From the NCBI RefSeq assembly GCF_000009705.1, contig NC_003272.1:5760001-5792000 (forward strand): a stretch of DNA of 32,000 nt. Direction: 5' to 3'. The position numbers and the translations under genes are program-made. Below are positions 1-8,956 of this stretch, one piece after another. Under the pieces are notes generated by a model. That model made no database searches and was not told the origin of the DNA. It saw only the letters and a program-made list of their open reading frames with translations. The first letter of the stretch is position 1, and each line of letters begins with the position of its first letter. This stretch comes from Nostoc sp. PCC 7120 = FACHB-418. Its GTDB lineage: Bacteria > Cyanobacteriota > Cyanobacteriia > Cyanobacteriales > Nostocaceae.

Positions 1-494
1 TTAGTTTTAGCGGTAATTTTGCCAATACCTACAGATAACTCCGCTTCTACGCCAATATCTAGGGGTGTTTGCAAAAAACCCACAATTTCTGTAAACAAAT
101 TTTGGAAGTATCCAGGTTTGAGGTTAATCTTGATTGCCTCTAGACTTTGACTCACCTCACGGGCTATTGCTAATAAAATATCTGTCACGTCTACATCAGC
201 CATATCCAGGCTTTGGCTAGACTCAAAGTACACTACATGAAATCCCTGCTGTTCTAACTCTGATTTCAGGCGGAGTAATTCCGTTGATTTACCACAACCA
301 ATATGACCAGTAAACAACTGACAAGTAGGTTCATCTGGTGAAAGCCTGGTGATAGTTCGCCCTAATTCGTCAATAATCTTGCTACCCCGCACCTTAGAAA
401 AATCAATGTAATATTGTCTATCCTCCGGTTTGCTGACAGCCAAAGTTTTGCTAGGATTGCACGCCTGAAAAAACCTGATTAAATCTAACTTCAT
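1..494 (-). CDS. P-loop NTPase, N-terminal part only (the ORF runs off the left edge of the window)
   Basis: Absent from the supplied ORF track because it has no stop inside the window. My reverse-complement translation from the ATG at 494..492 stays open for all 164 codons down to position 1: MKLDLIRFFQACNPSKTLAVSKPEDRQYYIDFSKVRGSKIIDELGRTITRLSPDEPTCQLFTGHIGCGKSTELLRLKSELEQQGFHVVYFESSQSLDMADVD... It contains a canonical Walker A motif (GHIGCGKST). Confidence 0.7.
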   Translation of the reverse strand, partial: MKLDLIRFFQACNPSKTLAVSKPEDRQYYIDFSKVRGSKIIDELGRTITRLSPDEPTCQLFTGHIGCGKSTELLRLKSELEQQGFHVVYFESSQSLDMADVDVTDILLAIAREVSQSLEAIKINLKPGYFQNLFTEIVGFLQTPLDIGVEAELSVGIGKITAKT

Positions 495-724
495 GAGAAA
501 TCACCCGAAATCAGCCTGGTAATAGCCCTATATTTCAGGATTATAACGATATCATTACTAATAATTAGAAATTGCTAATAAAAGGTTATTTTCTACAACT
601 TGAATTTTATTTGTACAGGGAATAATCTAACAATTACATCCAACCTCGCAGCTTTTGATGCACCTGTGCAAAGTGCCATATATAGTTAGTCATCAAGTTT
701 GTATTTATCAGCAGCCTCAACTAT

Positions 725-877
725 ATATAGGATTCATACTTGATTTTTGAAATACACGTAGGGTGGGCAATGCCCACCAGCTCATGGTTTTGGTAGACAA
801 TGCCCACCCTACAAGTACTGATAATTTTATGTGCAAGCGCAGGCTACGCCAACAGAAATCAAATCGGATTCCTATAT
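725..877. mobile_element. MITE-like non-coding element of about 153 bp, with imperfect terminal inverted repeats and a nested GGTGGGCAATGCCCACC-type palindrome pair
   Basis: The left end is atataggattcatacttgattt (725..746). The right end is aaatcaaatcggattcctatat (856..877), and its reverse complement matches the left end at 18 of 22 positions. The interior carries gtagggtgggcaatgcccacc (758..778) and ggtagacaatgcccaccctac (792..812). There is no ORF. Confidence 0.4.
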
Positions 878-1177
878 TCTTGAGCTAAAAGTAAATGATT
901 TTCCGCTTCGTAATACAATCCCAAATAAAGTTTTTTACTAATAACTTCGTTCCATTGCCGGAGTTAATTTTCTAAATAATTGATAAATAACATAATTGGT
1001 AAGCTGTAATTTTAACTATCAACAACTGCAAGTGTAATAATTTATATTTAATTCTACTTTCAGGTAATCCTGCTGAGTTGAGTAGGATAGGAAATTATTC
1101 ATGCACAGACATAGACAAGGGAGAAAGACAGCTTGTTATGTCATACTGGGTTCTTGGTGTTAAATTTATATTGATCT

Positions 1178-1654
1178 ATGTCTGGTGTGAAAGAATATCC
1201 TGGGGAACAATACATAATTATTCGCCACAGTCAACGCTTAATTAAAAGTTTTCAGTATTGGACAGGAAATTTATTACTAGATGTGCATGGATCACCTGAT
1301 GAAACAGCGTTGGCATTATTTGAAGCACCATTTGTCTTAGTTTCTCATGGTACGGAACCAGACCCAATTTTTAACTACGGTAATCGCAAAGCTTTAGAAC
1401 TATGGGAAATGTCTTGGAATGAATTTACGAAAATGCCTTCGCGCAAGAGTGCTGAGGAGATGGTACAACAAGAACGCGATCGCCTGTTAGCAGAAGCAGC
1501 AACTCAAGGTTTTAGTTACTACTCTGGTGTACGCATTACCAGCACTGGCAAACGCTTTTATATGCAAGACGGTATCATCTGGAATCTGCTGGATGAACAA
1601 CACCAGTATTGTGGTCAAGCAGCTGTTTCCTATAATTATCAATTTATTACATAA
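1178..1654 (+). CDS. MEKHLA domain-containing protein (standalone, PAS-like)
   Basis: 158-aa ORF. The segment FVLVSHGTEPDPIFNYGNRKALELWEMSWNEFTKMPSRKSAE...RLLAEA...GFSYYSGVRITSTGKRFYMQDGIIWNL matches my memory of bacterial and plant HD-ZIP III MEKHLA domains. Confidence 0.7.
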   Translation: MSGVKEYPGEQYIIIRHSQRLIKSFQYWTGNLLLDVHGSPDETALALFEAPFVLVSHGTEPDPIFNYGNRKALELWEMSWNEFTKMPSRKSAEEMVQQERDRLLAEAATQGFSYYSGVRITSTGKRFYMQDGIIWNLLDEQHQYCGQAAVSYNYQFIT

Positions 1655-1694
1655 CCATGATTTGATTGCTAACGGTTAACCGCCAACAGTGAAG

Positions 1695-1716
1695 GAGACG
1701 CGATTCATCGCGTCTC
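1695..1716 (+). terminator. Hairpin gagacgcga-ttca-tcgcgtctc about 40 nt downstream of the MEKHLA stop, a possible terminator or dispersed hairpin repeat
   Basis: Perfect 9-bp GC-rich stem with a 4-nt loop. A T-rich stretch follows only after about 20 nt, so this is not a textbook intrinsic terminator. Confidence 0.35.
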
Positions 1717-1879
1717 TACAGATGGTTTATTTGTCGCATTCTTTTTTCCGATTGGTATTAGATGGGGGATATTTTAAATCTTGATACCGTTTAACTCTTA
1801 TTCATCCACTGGCTAGAAGAAACTACTAGCAAAATTTACTACTCTGAGTCTAGTGAGTTAAAAATCAGGAAAAACGCCA

Positions 1880-2599
1880 GTGGTTCCCATTAGAGATAAT
1901 AATCCTGTAACAATTACGCCTTATGTGACTTATGGGCTAATTGCTGCCAATATCCTCGCTTTTTTGTATGAAGCTAATCTTCCTCCCCAAGCATTGGATG
2001 GCTTTTTGCATTTGGCGGCTGTCGTTCCGCGAGAACTGAGTTTAAGTTTTGCTGGTGTTTCTGTGCATCAACCAGTACCAGAGTGGGCAACTTTGATTAC
2101 CTCCCAATTTCTCCACGGTGGTTTTCTGCACCTAGCTGGGAATATGTTGTTCCTATGGATTTTTGGTAACAACGTAGAAGAAAAACTTGGTCATGCCAGA
2201 TATTTGCTGTTTTATCTAGCGTGCGGCATATTAGCGTCTTTAAGCCAATGGTACTTCTCCCAAGATTCTAGCATTCCTTCTTTGGGTGCTAGTGGGGCGA
2301 TCGCTGGTGTGATGGGTGCATATATTCTGCGTTTTCCCAACGCCGAAATTCTCGGTGTTGTCCCTTTAGGTTTCTTCTTCCCAACTTTCCGTGTTCCTGC
2401 ATACTTCTTTTTAGGTTTTTGGTTCCTGCAACAATCTTTTTACGGACTTGCTGGTTTACAAACACGCACTAACATCGGGATGGAAAGTGGTGGTATTGCC
2501 TATTGGGCCCATGCTGGTGGTTTTATTTTCGGCGCACTCCTGGGGCCCTTGTTGGGTCTATTTAGCGATAAAGCCAAGGAAGAATCTTGGTATAGTTAA
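1880..2599 (+). CDS. Rhomboid family intramembrane serine protease
   Basis: GTG start. Multi-pass hydrophobic protein with the rhomboid signatures FLHGGFLHLAGNMLFLWIFG (HxxxN region) and GASGAIAGVMGAY (GxSG catalytic Ser), plus a downstream AHAGGF (catalytic His). Confidence 0.9.
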   Translation: MVPIRDNNPVTITPYVTYGLIAANILAFLYEANLPPQALDGFLHLAAVVPRELSLSFAGVSVHQPVPEWATLITSQFLHGGFLHLAGNMLFLWIFGNNVEEKLGHARYLLFYLACGILASLSQWYFSQDSSIPSLGASGAIAGVMGAYILRFPNAEILGVVPLGFFFPTFRVPAYFFLGFWFLQQSFYGLAGLQTRTNIGMESGGIAYWAHAGGFIFGALLGPLLGLFSDKAKEESWYS

Positions 2600-2620
2600 A
2601 TTCCCCAATCCCCAATAAAT

Positions 2621-4954
2621 TCAAGGCCAATGTGCAGTCGGCAAATCTGACTCATCTATGGATATGATTGTGTTCATTGATGAGTTATTTTGCTGCCCGA
2701 AGTTTTTATCTGGGGTATTGGCTAACTGATCAAGTGCTGCTAAAACTGCTAATGCAGACTGATAACGCTGCTTAAAATCTTCCCGCACCATTTTGCTCAA
2801 AATTTGGGCAAAGCCTTGGCTAACAAGTGCTTTATCGCTCCATTTTATTTCTTCATTCTCATCTCTGGGGAGATCGTGAGGGGAGATACCTGTTAAGGCT
2901 TTAATACCAATCATACCGACTGCATAGATATCACTATTGTATTGAGGACGACCGAAACATTGTTCGCTGGGTGCGTAACCTTTAGTGCCAATACCAATAG
3001 TAAAGGGGATTGGCTCTTGATTGTCTGTTTGGGGTAAGGAAATTTCTTTGACTGCACCAAAGTCAATTAAGACTAATTTACGGTCTGAGTCTCTGCGAAT
3101 AATATTGCTGGGTTTAATATCTCGATGAATTACACCATTTTCATGAACGAATACTAATATTTCCAGTATTTCCCGAATAATTGCCACCGTCTCTGCTTCA
3201 CTAATACTTCTACCTGATGGCAATTCCTGGTTCAGAGGATGACCAATAATATATTCTTGAACTAAATAAAATTCTGCTTCTTGTTCAAAATAGGCCAAAA
3301 GTTGGGGTATTTGCTGGTATGAACCCAATTTTTCTAAACTTTGTGCTTCTAGATTAAACAAGCGCCTAGCTAGTTGCAATCCTTTTCCTTGGGTATTAAC
3401 TGGTTTCAGTTGCTTAACTACACATTGCGGATTACCTGGACGTTGGGTATCTTCGGCAATATATGTTTCACTAAATCCACCGTAACCAAGTACCTTGAGA
3501 ATTTTGTAACGTCCACTGAGGATTTTTCCCGATAGGGCTACATTTCTTTGTTGTAATAAGTCTTGTAGTTCTTGCTGTTGGCTAATAATTTCCTGAACAA
3601 CAGGAGAAGTTTTATATTTCTGAAAAATATCGACTATTTGGCGAGTCCGGATTTTTTCTTTAGCTACTTCTGTTCCTAGATAAGATATGCCACAAAAGGC
3701 GATCGCCAACATTGGTATAGCTGTAGGAAATAGCAACTGTGCATAAACAAAGCTGATATAGCTAACACTCCCCCAACCACTGGCGACAGCCAAACTTAAA
3801 ATAAATCGCTTAAATCCGCTTTTGCTTCTGGTAATGATGAAAGATGTACCACCAACTAATCCCAACACAAACAAAGCTTGCAGAGATTGACTTGGAATCG
3901 CTTGGGCGATCGCTTTACCTTTCATCAAGGTGGCGATCGCATTGGCGTGAATTTCTACTCCTGACATCTTTTCAGGCGATAACCAAGCGCTACTAACCGC
4001 TACAGCATGATAATCATTTGCTAACTGGGCAGTTGCACCAATAATCACGATTTTGTCTTGAAATACTTGCCCTTGCTGCAAATAAGTATTCCAGTTTTGC
4101 GGGTCGAGGACGTGCCAAAAGGGAATCGTGGCAAATGTGCCAGCCGGTCCCCAAAAATAAATGCGTTCTCCGGCTGAACGAGGATACTTTACCTGTGCTG
4201 TTCCCAACACTGCTTGGTCAAAGGATGGAATTTTATCTGTGAGGGCATCCACTCCGCCTAATATCTTTGTAAATTCACTACCTAAGCGATGTACTTTGCC
4301 ATCCACTTCTACAGGAAAATTCACGGTACCTATTGATGCCTCATCGTGACGAAATTTTTCATAGGGTAACCTCAATTGAGTAAAAAATCCCTGGTGGGAC
4401 TGAGAAATTTCGTATTGTGCCGCTAACGTCACCTTGCCGCTATATTTTTGTAATACTCCTTGCAGTTGGCGATCGTCCTCATTTCCGTAGCTTCCGGGTA
4501 GATCAAAAACCACATCCAAAGCAACAGATTTAGCCCCAGCCTGCATCAATTTTTCCACTACCTGAGCATAGGCAACACGCTTAAAAGGAAACTTACTCAG
4601 TGGTTCTAGGTAGGCATATTTCTGTGGATCTGTTCTATAGTATTGTTCGGGTACTGATATGGACTGATCGTCAATTGCTAAGATCACTATGTCCTCTGGT
4701 GGGATAAGTGGTCCTCTGATGTGAAAAAATGCAGATATTGCTTGATTTTCCAGCAACTGCACTAAACTTAAGCCAGAAGTTGTCAACAAAGCTGCACCCA
4801 TTGTTAAAGCAACAGTGAGTATGTTTCCTAAACGTACCAGACGCTGAGACTGGCGTGCTGCTGCTGTTAAAGTAGCTTTGGTGGTTTTATTTGACGCTAT
4901 ATTGGCAGTAGACCCATTTTTTTTGTTGATTTTTTCTGTAGGTTCTTCTGCCAT
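2621..4954 (-). CDS. CHASE2 sensor domain-containing Ser/Thr protein kinase
   Basis: 777 aa. It has an N-terminal TM segment, an extracytoplasmic CHASE2-like region and a cluster of TM helices. The C-terminal Hanks-type kinase has an intact G-loop (LGYGGFSETY), VVKQLK lysine, HRDIKPSNI, DFG and GTKGYAPSE motifs. Confidence 0.85.
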   Translation of the reverse strand: MAEEPTEKINKKNGSTANIASNKTTKATLTAAARQSQRLVRLGNILTVALTMGAALLTTSGLSLVQLLENQAISAFFHIRGPLIPPEDIVILAIDDQSISVPEQYYRTDPQKYAYLEPLSKFPFKRVAYAQVVEKLMQAGAKSVALDVVFDLPGSYGNEDDRQLQGVLQKYSGKVTLAAQYEISQSHQGFFTQLRLPYEKFRHDEASIGTVNFPVEVDGKVHRLGSEFTKILGGVDALTDKIPSFDQAVLGTAQVKYPRSAGERIYFWGPAGTFATIPFWHVLDPQNWNTYLQQGQVFQDKIVIIGATAQLANDYHAVAVSSAWLSPEKMSGVEIHANAIATLMKGKAIAQAIPSQSLQALFVLGLVGGTSFIITRSKSGFKRFILSLAVASGWGSVSYISFVYAQLLFPTAIPMLAIAFCGISYLGTEVAKEKIRTRQIVDIFQKYKTSPVVQEIISQQQELQDLLQQRNVALSGKILSGRYKILKVLGYGGFSETYIAEDTQRPGNPQCVVKQLKPVNTQGKGLQLARRLFNLEAQSLEKLGSYQQIPQLLAYFEQEAEFYLVQEYIIGHPLNQELPSGRSISEAETVAIIREILEILVFVHENGVIHRDIKPSNIIRRDSDRKLVLIDFGAVKEISLPQTDNQEPIPFTIGIGTKGYAPSEQCFGRPQYNSDIYAVGMIGIKALTGISPHDLPRDENEEIKWSDKALVSQGFAQILSKMVREDFKQRYQSALAVLAALDQLANTPDKNFGQQNNSSMNTIISIDESDLPTAHWP

Positions 4955-5756
4955 ATCGTGTTAATAATTGGTTTAAGTACATTTTTATTTATTTAGTTTC
5001 ATTTATACTACAACCACATTGAAATCAGAACTTAAATGATAACCTTATACATTTGTAATATAAATTTTGTTCTGCGCCAAACTTATGTTAAACAATCTCC
5101 ACTCAGTCAAGATAATAGAGGCTAGAGATTAAAGGTTAAACACTAGAAAAAACAGATTTTTATCCTTTAGTTGTGTGTAAAGTCTGAATAATGGGGAATA
5201 AGTGAAAGGACTTAGGGTGGAGATAAAAGAGTTTTTCATGCTGAGTCAGAGGATTTTTCCGGAAATGGCTGACTGGAAAAAATACTGTTAACCTAGCCCC
5301 CGTTGAGTAAACAATATTAGACCCTAGCCTCTCACCCCTAACTATTGGCCTCTCACCTGCTACCTATACCGCTTATACAGAATTGGTATTTTTCACTCGC
5401 CTTTATTGTTAATTGCACGACCGATATATGGTACTTCCCCAATCTCCTATCTTCAGACCTATGCCTTACCTCTTTAGAAGTAAACTTGATAGATGGATAG
5501 CAAACCATCCTGTTACTGTGTCGATTTTATTGGTAGATTTTGATTACAGGGTGTTTCTCATAGTGTTGGGAGTTAAAATGTTCAACAACCAGCAGATGAA
5601 TTCCTATATTGTTCCTAATTTTAGGCATTGAAAGAGGTAAGATAAAATCTATACATGAAAAGTTCCGCTAGAGCTATTAGTCAATTTATCAAATGAGAAT
5701 TGCTATAATCTATTGTCCATTCTAAATTCTTTACTATATATTAGGTGTATTTTTCT

Positions 5757-6278
5757 ATGGGTTCCCCAATGAATCGTCTGTCTATTTTTGTAGACGGAAA
5801 CAATATGTTCTATGCTCAACAAAAGAATGGGTGGTTTTTTGATCCAAGACGGGTTTTAGAATACTTCAAAAACGAGCAATCAGAAACAACATTAATTAAC
5901 GCATTTTGGTACACTGGGTTAAAAGACCCCCAAGATCAACGAGGTTTTCGAGATGCTCTCATTAGTTTAGGGTATACAGTTAGGACTAAAATACTCAAAG
6001 AATATTGTGATGATTCGTCTGGTCGTTACTCACAAAAAGCTAATTTAGATATTGAAATTGTCGTTGATATGTTTAATACGGTAGACCAGTACGACCGGGT
6101 AGTTCTATTTAGTGGTGATGGTGATTTTGAAAGAGCAATTGAATTATTACGTTCAAAAAATACACACATCACAGTAGTATCGACAGAAGGAATGATAGCT
6201 AGGGAATTACGTAATGCTACGGATAGATATATAGACTTAAATGATATTAGAGACCGTATAGAAAAAGCCGAAGGTTAA
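5757..6278 (+). CDS. NYN domain-containing protein (LabA/DUF88-like putative RNase)
   Basis: The track ORF starts at GTG 5745. The in-frame ATGs at 5757 or 5769 (MNRLSIFVDGNNMFY) are more likely starts. The pattern IFVDGNN...DIEIVVDM...LFSGDGDFERAIELLRSKNTHITVVS is typical of LabA-like NYN/PIN-fold proteins. Confidence 0.8.
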   Translation: MGSPMNRLSIFVDGNNMFYAQQKNGWFFDPRRVLEYFKNEQSETTLINAFWYTGLKDPQDQRGFRDALISLGYTVRTKILKEYCDDSSGRYSQKANLDIEIVVDMFNTVDQYDRVVLFSGDGDFERAIELLRSKNTHITVVSTEGMIARELRNATDRYIDLNDIRDRIEKAEG

Positions 6279-6368
6279 TATCCTTAGCAATTATTTACAA
6301 AATTAAAACTACAAAAACTTAGGTTCTAGATATTTTAAGCAAAACGTACAACTAAAAAAATAGCCAAA

Positions 6369-7964
6369 ATGACAACTAAACCAGAGAAAATCATCATTTT
6401 TGATACAACACTCCGTGACGGGGAACAGTGTCCGGGTGCAACACTGAATATAGATGAAAAGCTAGCGATCGCCAAACAGTTAGCCCGTTTAGGTGTAGAT
6501 ATCATAGAGGCAGGTTTTGCTTTTGCTAGCCCAGGTGATTTTGAAGCAGTCCATAAAATTGCCCAAACTGTAGGGACACAATCAGGCCCAGTAATTTGCA
6601 GTTTGGCAAGAGCTAGACATGATGATATCAAAGCCGCAGCCGAAGCGATTAAACCAGCAGCTAAAGGCAGGATTCACACCTTTATTGCTACTTCTGATAT
6701 TCACCTCCAGTACAAGCTGAAAAAAACCAGACCAGAAGTGATTGCGATCGCCGAAGAAATGGTAGCTTATGCTAAAAGTTTCACCGATGACGTGGAATTT
6801 TCTCCAGAAGATGCTGGACGTTCAGACCCAGAATTTTTGTATCAGGTTTTAGAGCGAGCGATCGCTGCTGGTGCAACAACAATTAACATTCCTGACACAG
6901 TTGGTTACACCACACCAAGCGAATTTGGGGCAATAATCAAGGGCATTAAAGAAAATGTCCCCAACATCGACCAAGCAATTATTTCTGTTCACGGACACAA
7001 TGATTTAGGCTTGGCAGTTGCTAACTTCTTAGAAGCAGTCAAAAATGGTGCAAGACAACTAGAATGCACCATCAATGGTATTGGTGAAAGAGCAGGAAAC
7101 GCCGCCTTAGAAGAATTGGTAATGGCGATGCACGTCCGCAGACAATACTTTAATCCCTTCTTAGGTAGACACCCAGATTCGGAAGAAGCACTCACCAATA
7201 TTGACACCAAGCAAATATATAAAACCTCACGCTTGGTTTCTAATTTAACAGGAATGTTAGTGCAGCCAAATAAAGCGATCGTTGGTGCTAATGCCTTTGC
7301 CCATGAGTCAGGAATTCACCAAGATGGAGTTTTGAAAAATAAACTCACCTACGAAATCATGGATGCCCAATTGATTGGCTTAACCGACAATCAAATAGTT
7401 TTAGGCAAACATTCTGGACGCAATGCTTTCCGTACACGCTTGAAAGAATTAGGCTTTGAACTATCAGAAACTGAGTTAAATAAAGCCTTTGTCAAATTCA
7501 AAGAAGTCGCCGATAAAAAGAAAGAAATCTCCGATTGGGACTTGGAAGCAATTGTTAACGACGAAATCCAACAAGCCCCTGATTTGTTCCGGGTAGAACT
7601 CGTACAAGTTTCCTGCGGTAGCAATGCACGTCCAACTGCAACAGTCACCCTCCGCACCCCAGACGGCGAAGAACTTACAGATGCAGCCATTGGTACAGGG
7701 CCAGTAGACGCGGTATATAAAGCAATTAACCGTGTGGTTAACGTCCCCAACCAATTAATAGAGTTCTCTGTGCAGTCAGTAACAGCCGGGATAGATGCAA
7801 TTGGAGAAGTGACAATTCGTTTGCGGTATGAATCACGAGTATTTTCTGGTCATGCAGCCAACACAGATATCATCGTCGCCTCTGCACAAGCCTATGTTAA
7901 CGCCCTAAATCGTTTATACGCATCCTTGCAGACTCAAGACAAGCAAACAGAAGTCACAGCATAA
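6369..7964 (+). CDS. leuA: 2-isopropylmalate synthase
   Basis: 531 aa. Has the N-terminal [17 protein letters not shown] motif, [12 protein letters not shown], and a C-terminal LeuA dimerisation/regulatory domain. Confidence 0.97.
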   Translation: MTTKPEKIIIFDTTLRDGEQCPGATLNIDEKLAIAKQLARLGVDIIEAGFAFASPGDFEAVHKIAQTVGTQSGPVICSLARARHDDIKAAAEAIKPAAKGRIHTFIATSDIHLQYKLKKTRPEVIAIAEEMVAYAKSFTDDVEFSPEDAGRSDPEFLYQVLERAIAAGATTINIPDTVGYTTPSEFGAIIKGIKENVPNIDQAIISVHGHNDLGLAVANFLEAVKNGARQLECTINGIGERAGNAALEELVMAMHVRRQYFNPFLGRHPDSEEALTNIDTKQIYKTSRLVSNLTGMLVQPNKAIVGANAFAHESGIHQDGVLKNKLTYEIMDAQLIGLTDNQIVLGKHSGRNAFRTRLKELGFELSETELNKAFVKFKEVADKKKEISDWDLEAIVNDEIQQAPDLFRVELVQVSCGSNARPTATVTLRTPDGEELTDAAIGTGPVDAVYKAINRVVNVPNQLIEFSVQSVTAGIDAIGEVTIRLRYESRVFSGHAANTDIIVASAQAYVNALNRLYASLQTQDKQTEVTA

Positions 7965-7974
7965 CACTTAAAAT

Positions 7975-8009
7975 AAACCCAACTCACTACAAGTTGGGTT
8001 TATTTATTT
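7975..8009 (+). terminator. Rho-independent terminator of leuA
   Basis: aaacccaac (7975..7983), a 9-nt loop, then gttgggttt (7993..8001), followed by atttattt. It begins 11 nt after the leuA stop. Confidence 0.75.
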
Positions 8010-8032
8010 CTCCTAATTATTTACTTCAACTA

Positions 8033-8890
8033 ATGAAGTTCTACAAATATCATGCTCTTGGTAACGACTATTTAGTTATCAATCCTCAGGATTTAAAATT
8101 TCCCCTAACACCTGAAAAAATTAAAATAATTTGCCATCGAAATTTTGGCATTGGATCTGATGGTATTTTGTTGGGGCCTTTAGCATCAACAAAAGCACAA
8201 TTTGCTTTACGCATTTTCAACCCCGACGGAAGTGAAGCAGAGAAAAGCGGTAATGGACTGCGGATTTTCTCCCGTTACCTGTGGGATATGGGACTAGTTG
8301 ACGAAAAGCCATTCTCAATTGAAACTGCGGGTGGAATAGTGGAATCTGCGATCAAAGATGCAGGTAAAACAGTCCAAGTAGAGATGGGGAAAGTCAGCTT
8401 TTGGAGTCGTGATATTCCAGTTATTGGCGATGACAGAGAAGTAATTCAAGAAAAAATCTTTCTTGATGAAGGCATTTTTACATTTTGTGCAGCCACAATA
8501 GGTAATCCACACTGTGTAATTCTTTTAGATGACATCAATTCCGAGGTTGCCAGAAATTTTGGCCCAATATTTGAAGGTTATCCTCTTTTCCCCAATCGCA
8601 CTAATGTGCAGTTTATGAAAGTTTTAGATAGAAGCACTATTCAAATTGAAATTTGGGAAAGAGGAGCAGGTTACACTTTAGCTTCAGGTAGTAGTAGTAG
8701 TGCGGCGGCGGCTACTGCACATAAACTTGGTTTGTGTGACTCTAAAATTATTGTCAAAATGCCTGGGGGAGACATTTTAATTCAAATTAAAGATGACTTT
8801 CATATATCTATGACAGATTCTGTCACAAAACTTGCCCAAGGAGAATTGTCAACAGAAATATTTGCCATAGAAACTGTCATTAATATCTGA
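8033..8890 (+). CDS. Diaminopimelate epimerase (DapF) family protein, an atypical paralog lacking both catalytic Cys
   Basis: The track ORF begins at TTG 7994, inside the leuA terminator. ATG 8033 (MKFYKYHALGNDYLVI) fits the DapF N-terminus. DapF-like motifs present are HALGNDY, FNPDGSEAEKSGNG, GNPHCV and WERGAGYTLASG. See the finding on Cys-to-Ser substitutions. Confidence 0.8.
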   Translation: MKFYKYHALGNDYLVINPQDLKFPLTPEKIKIICHRNFGIGSDGILLGPLASTKAQFALRIFNPDGSEAEKSGNGLRIFSRYLWDMGLVDEKPFSIETAGGIVESAIKDAGKTVQVEMGKVSFWSRDIPVIGDDREVIQEKIFLDEGIFTFCAATIGNPHCVILLDDINSEVARNFGPIFEGYPLFPNRTNVQFMKVLDRSTIQIEIWERGAGYTLASGSSSSAAAATAHKLGLCDSKIIVKMPGGDILIQIKDDFHISMTDSVTKLAQGELSTEIFAIETVINI

Positions 8891-8956
8891 GAAAATTACT
8901 GAACCAATATCTAGATAGTAGAGTGTAAATTCAAAAATATTGCATCTACTACCTCC

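Noticed and set aside
5256-5265. TCCGGA (DIF1-like heterocyst promoter motif) inside the TTTCCGGAAA palindrome.
   Set aside because: As a promoter call it is unsupported. The best -10-like hexamer (tactgt) is 19 nt away, which is longer than usual, and a 6-mer occurs by chance. I kept it only as a note within the spacer finding.
5413-5631. 72-aa plus-strand ORF in the kinase/NYN spacer.
   Set aside because: It has a TTG start and no obvious ribosome-binding context. Its composition resembles the surrounding non-coding DNA and I recognise no motif. I treat the region as non-coding (see the finding on the spacer).
7391-7750. Minus-strand ORFs of 119 and 92 aa inside leuA, plus 6335..6631 and 6989..7210.
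   Set aside because: They are antisense shadows of leuA. The ORF at 6335..6631 overlaps the leuA start, and its product is low-complexity and Ser/Ala/Lys-rich.
7994-8032. The track's TTG start for the DapF-like ORF.
   Set aside because: These codons overlap the leuA terminator stem and T-tract and encode a non-conserved peptide (MGLFISPNYLLQL). ATG 8033 gives the family-typical N-terminus.
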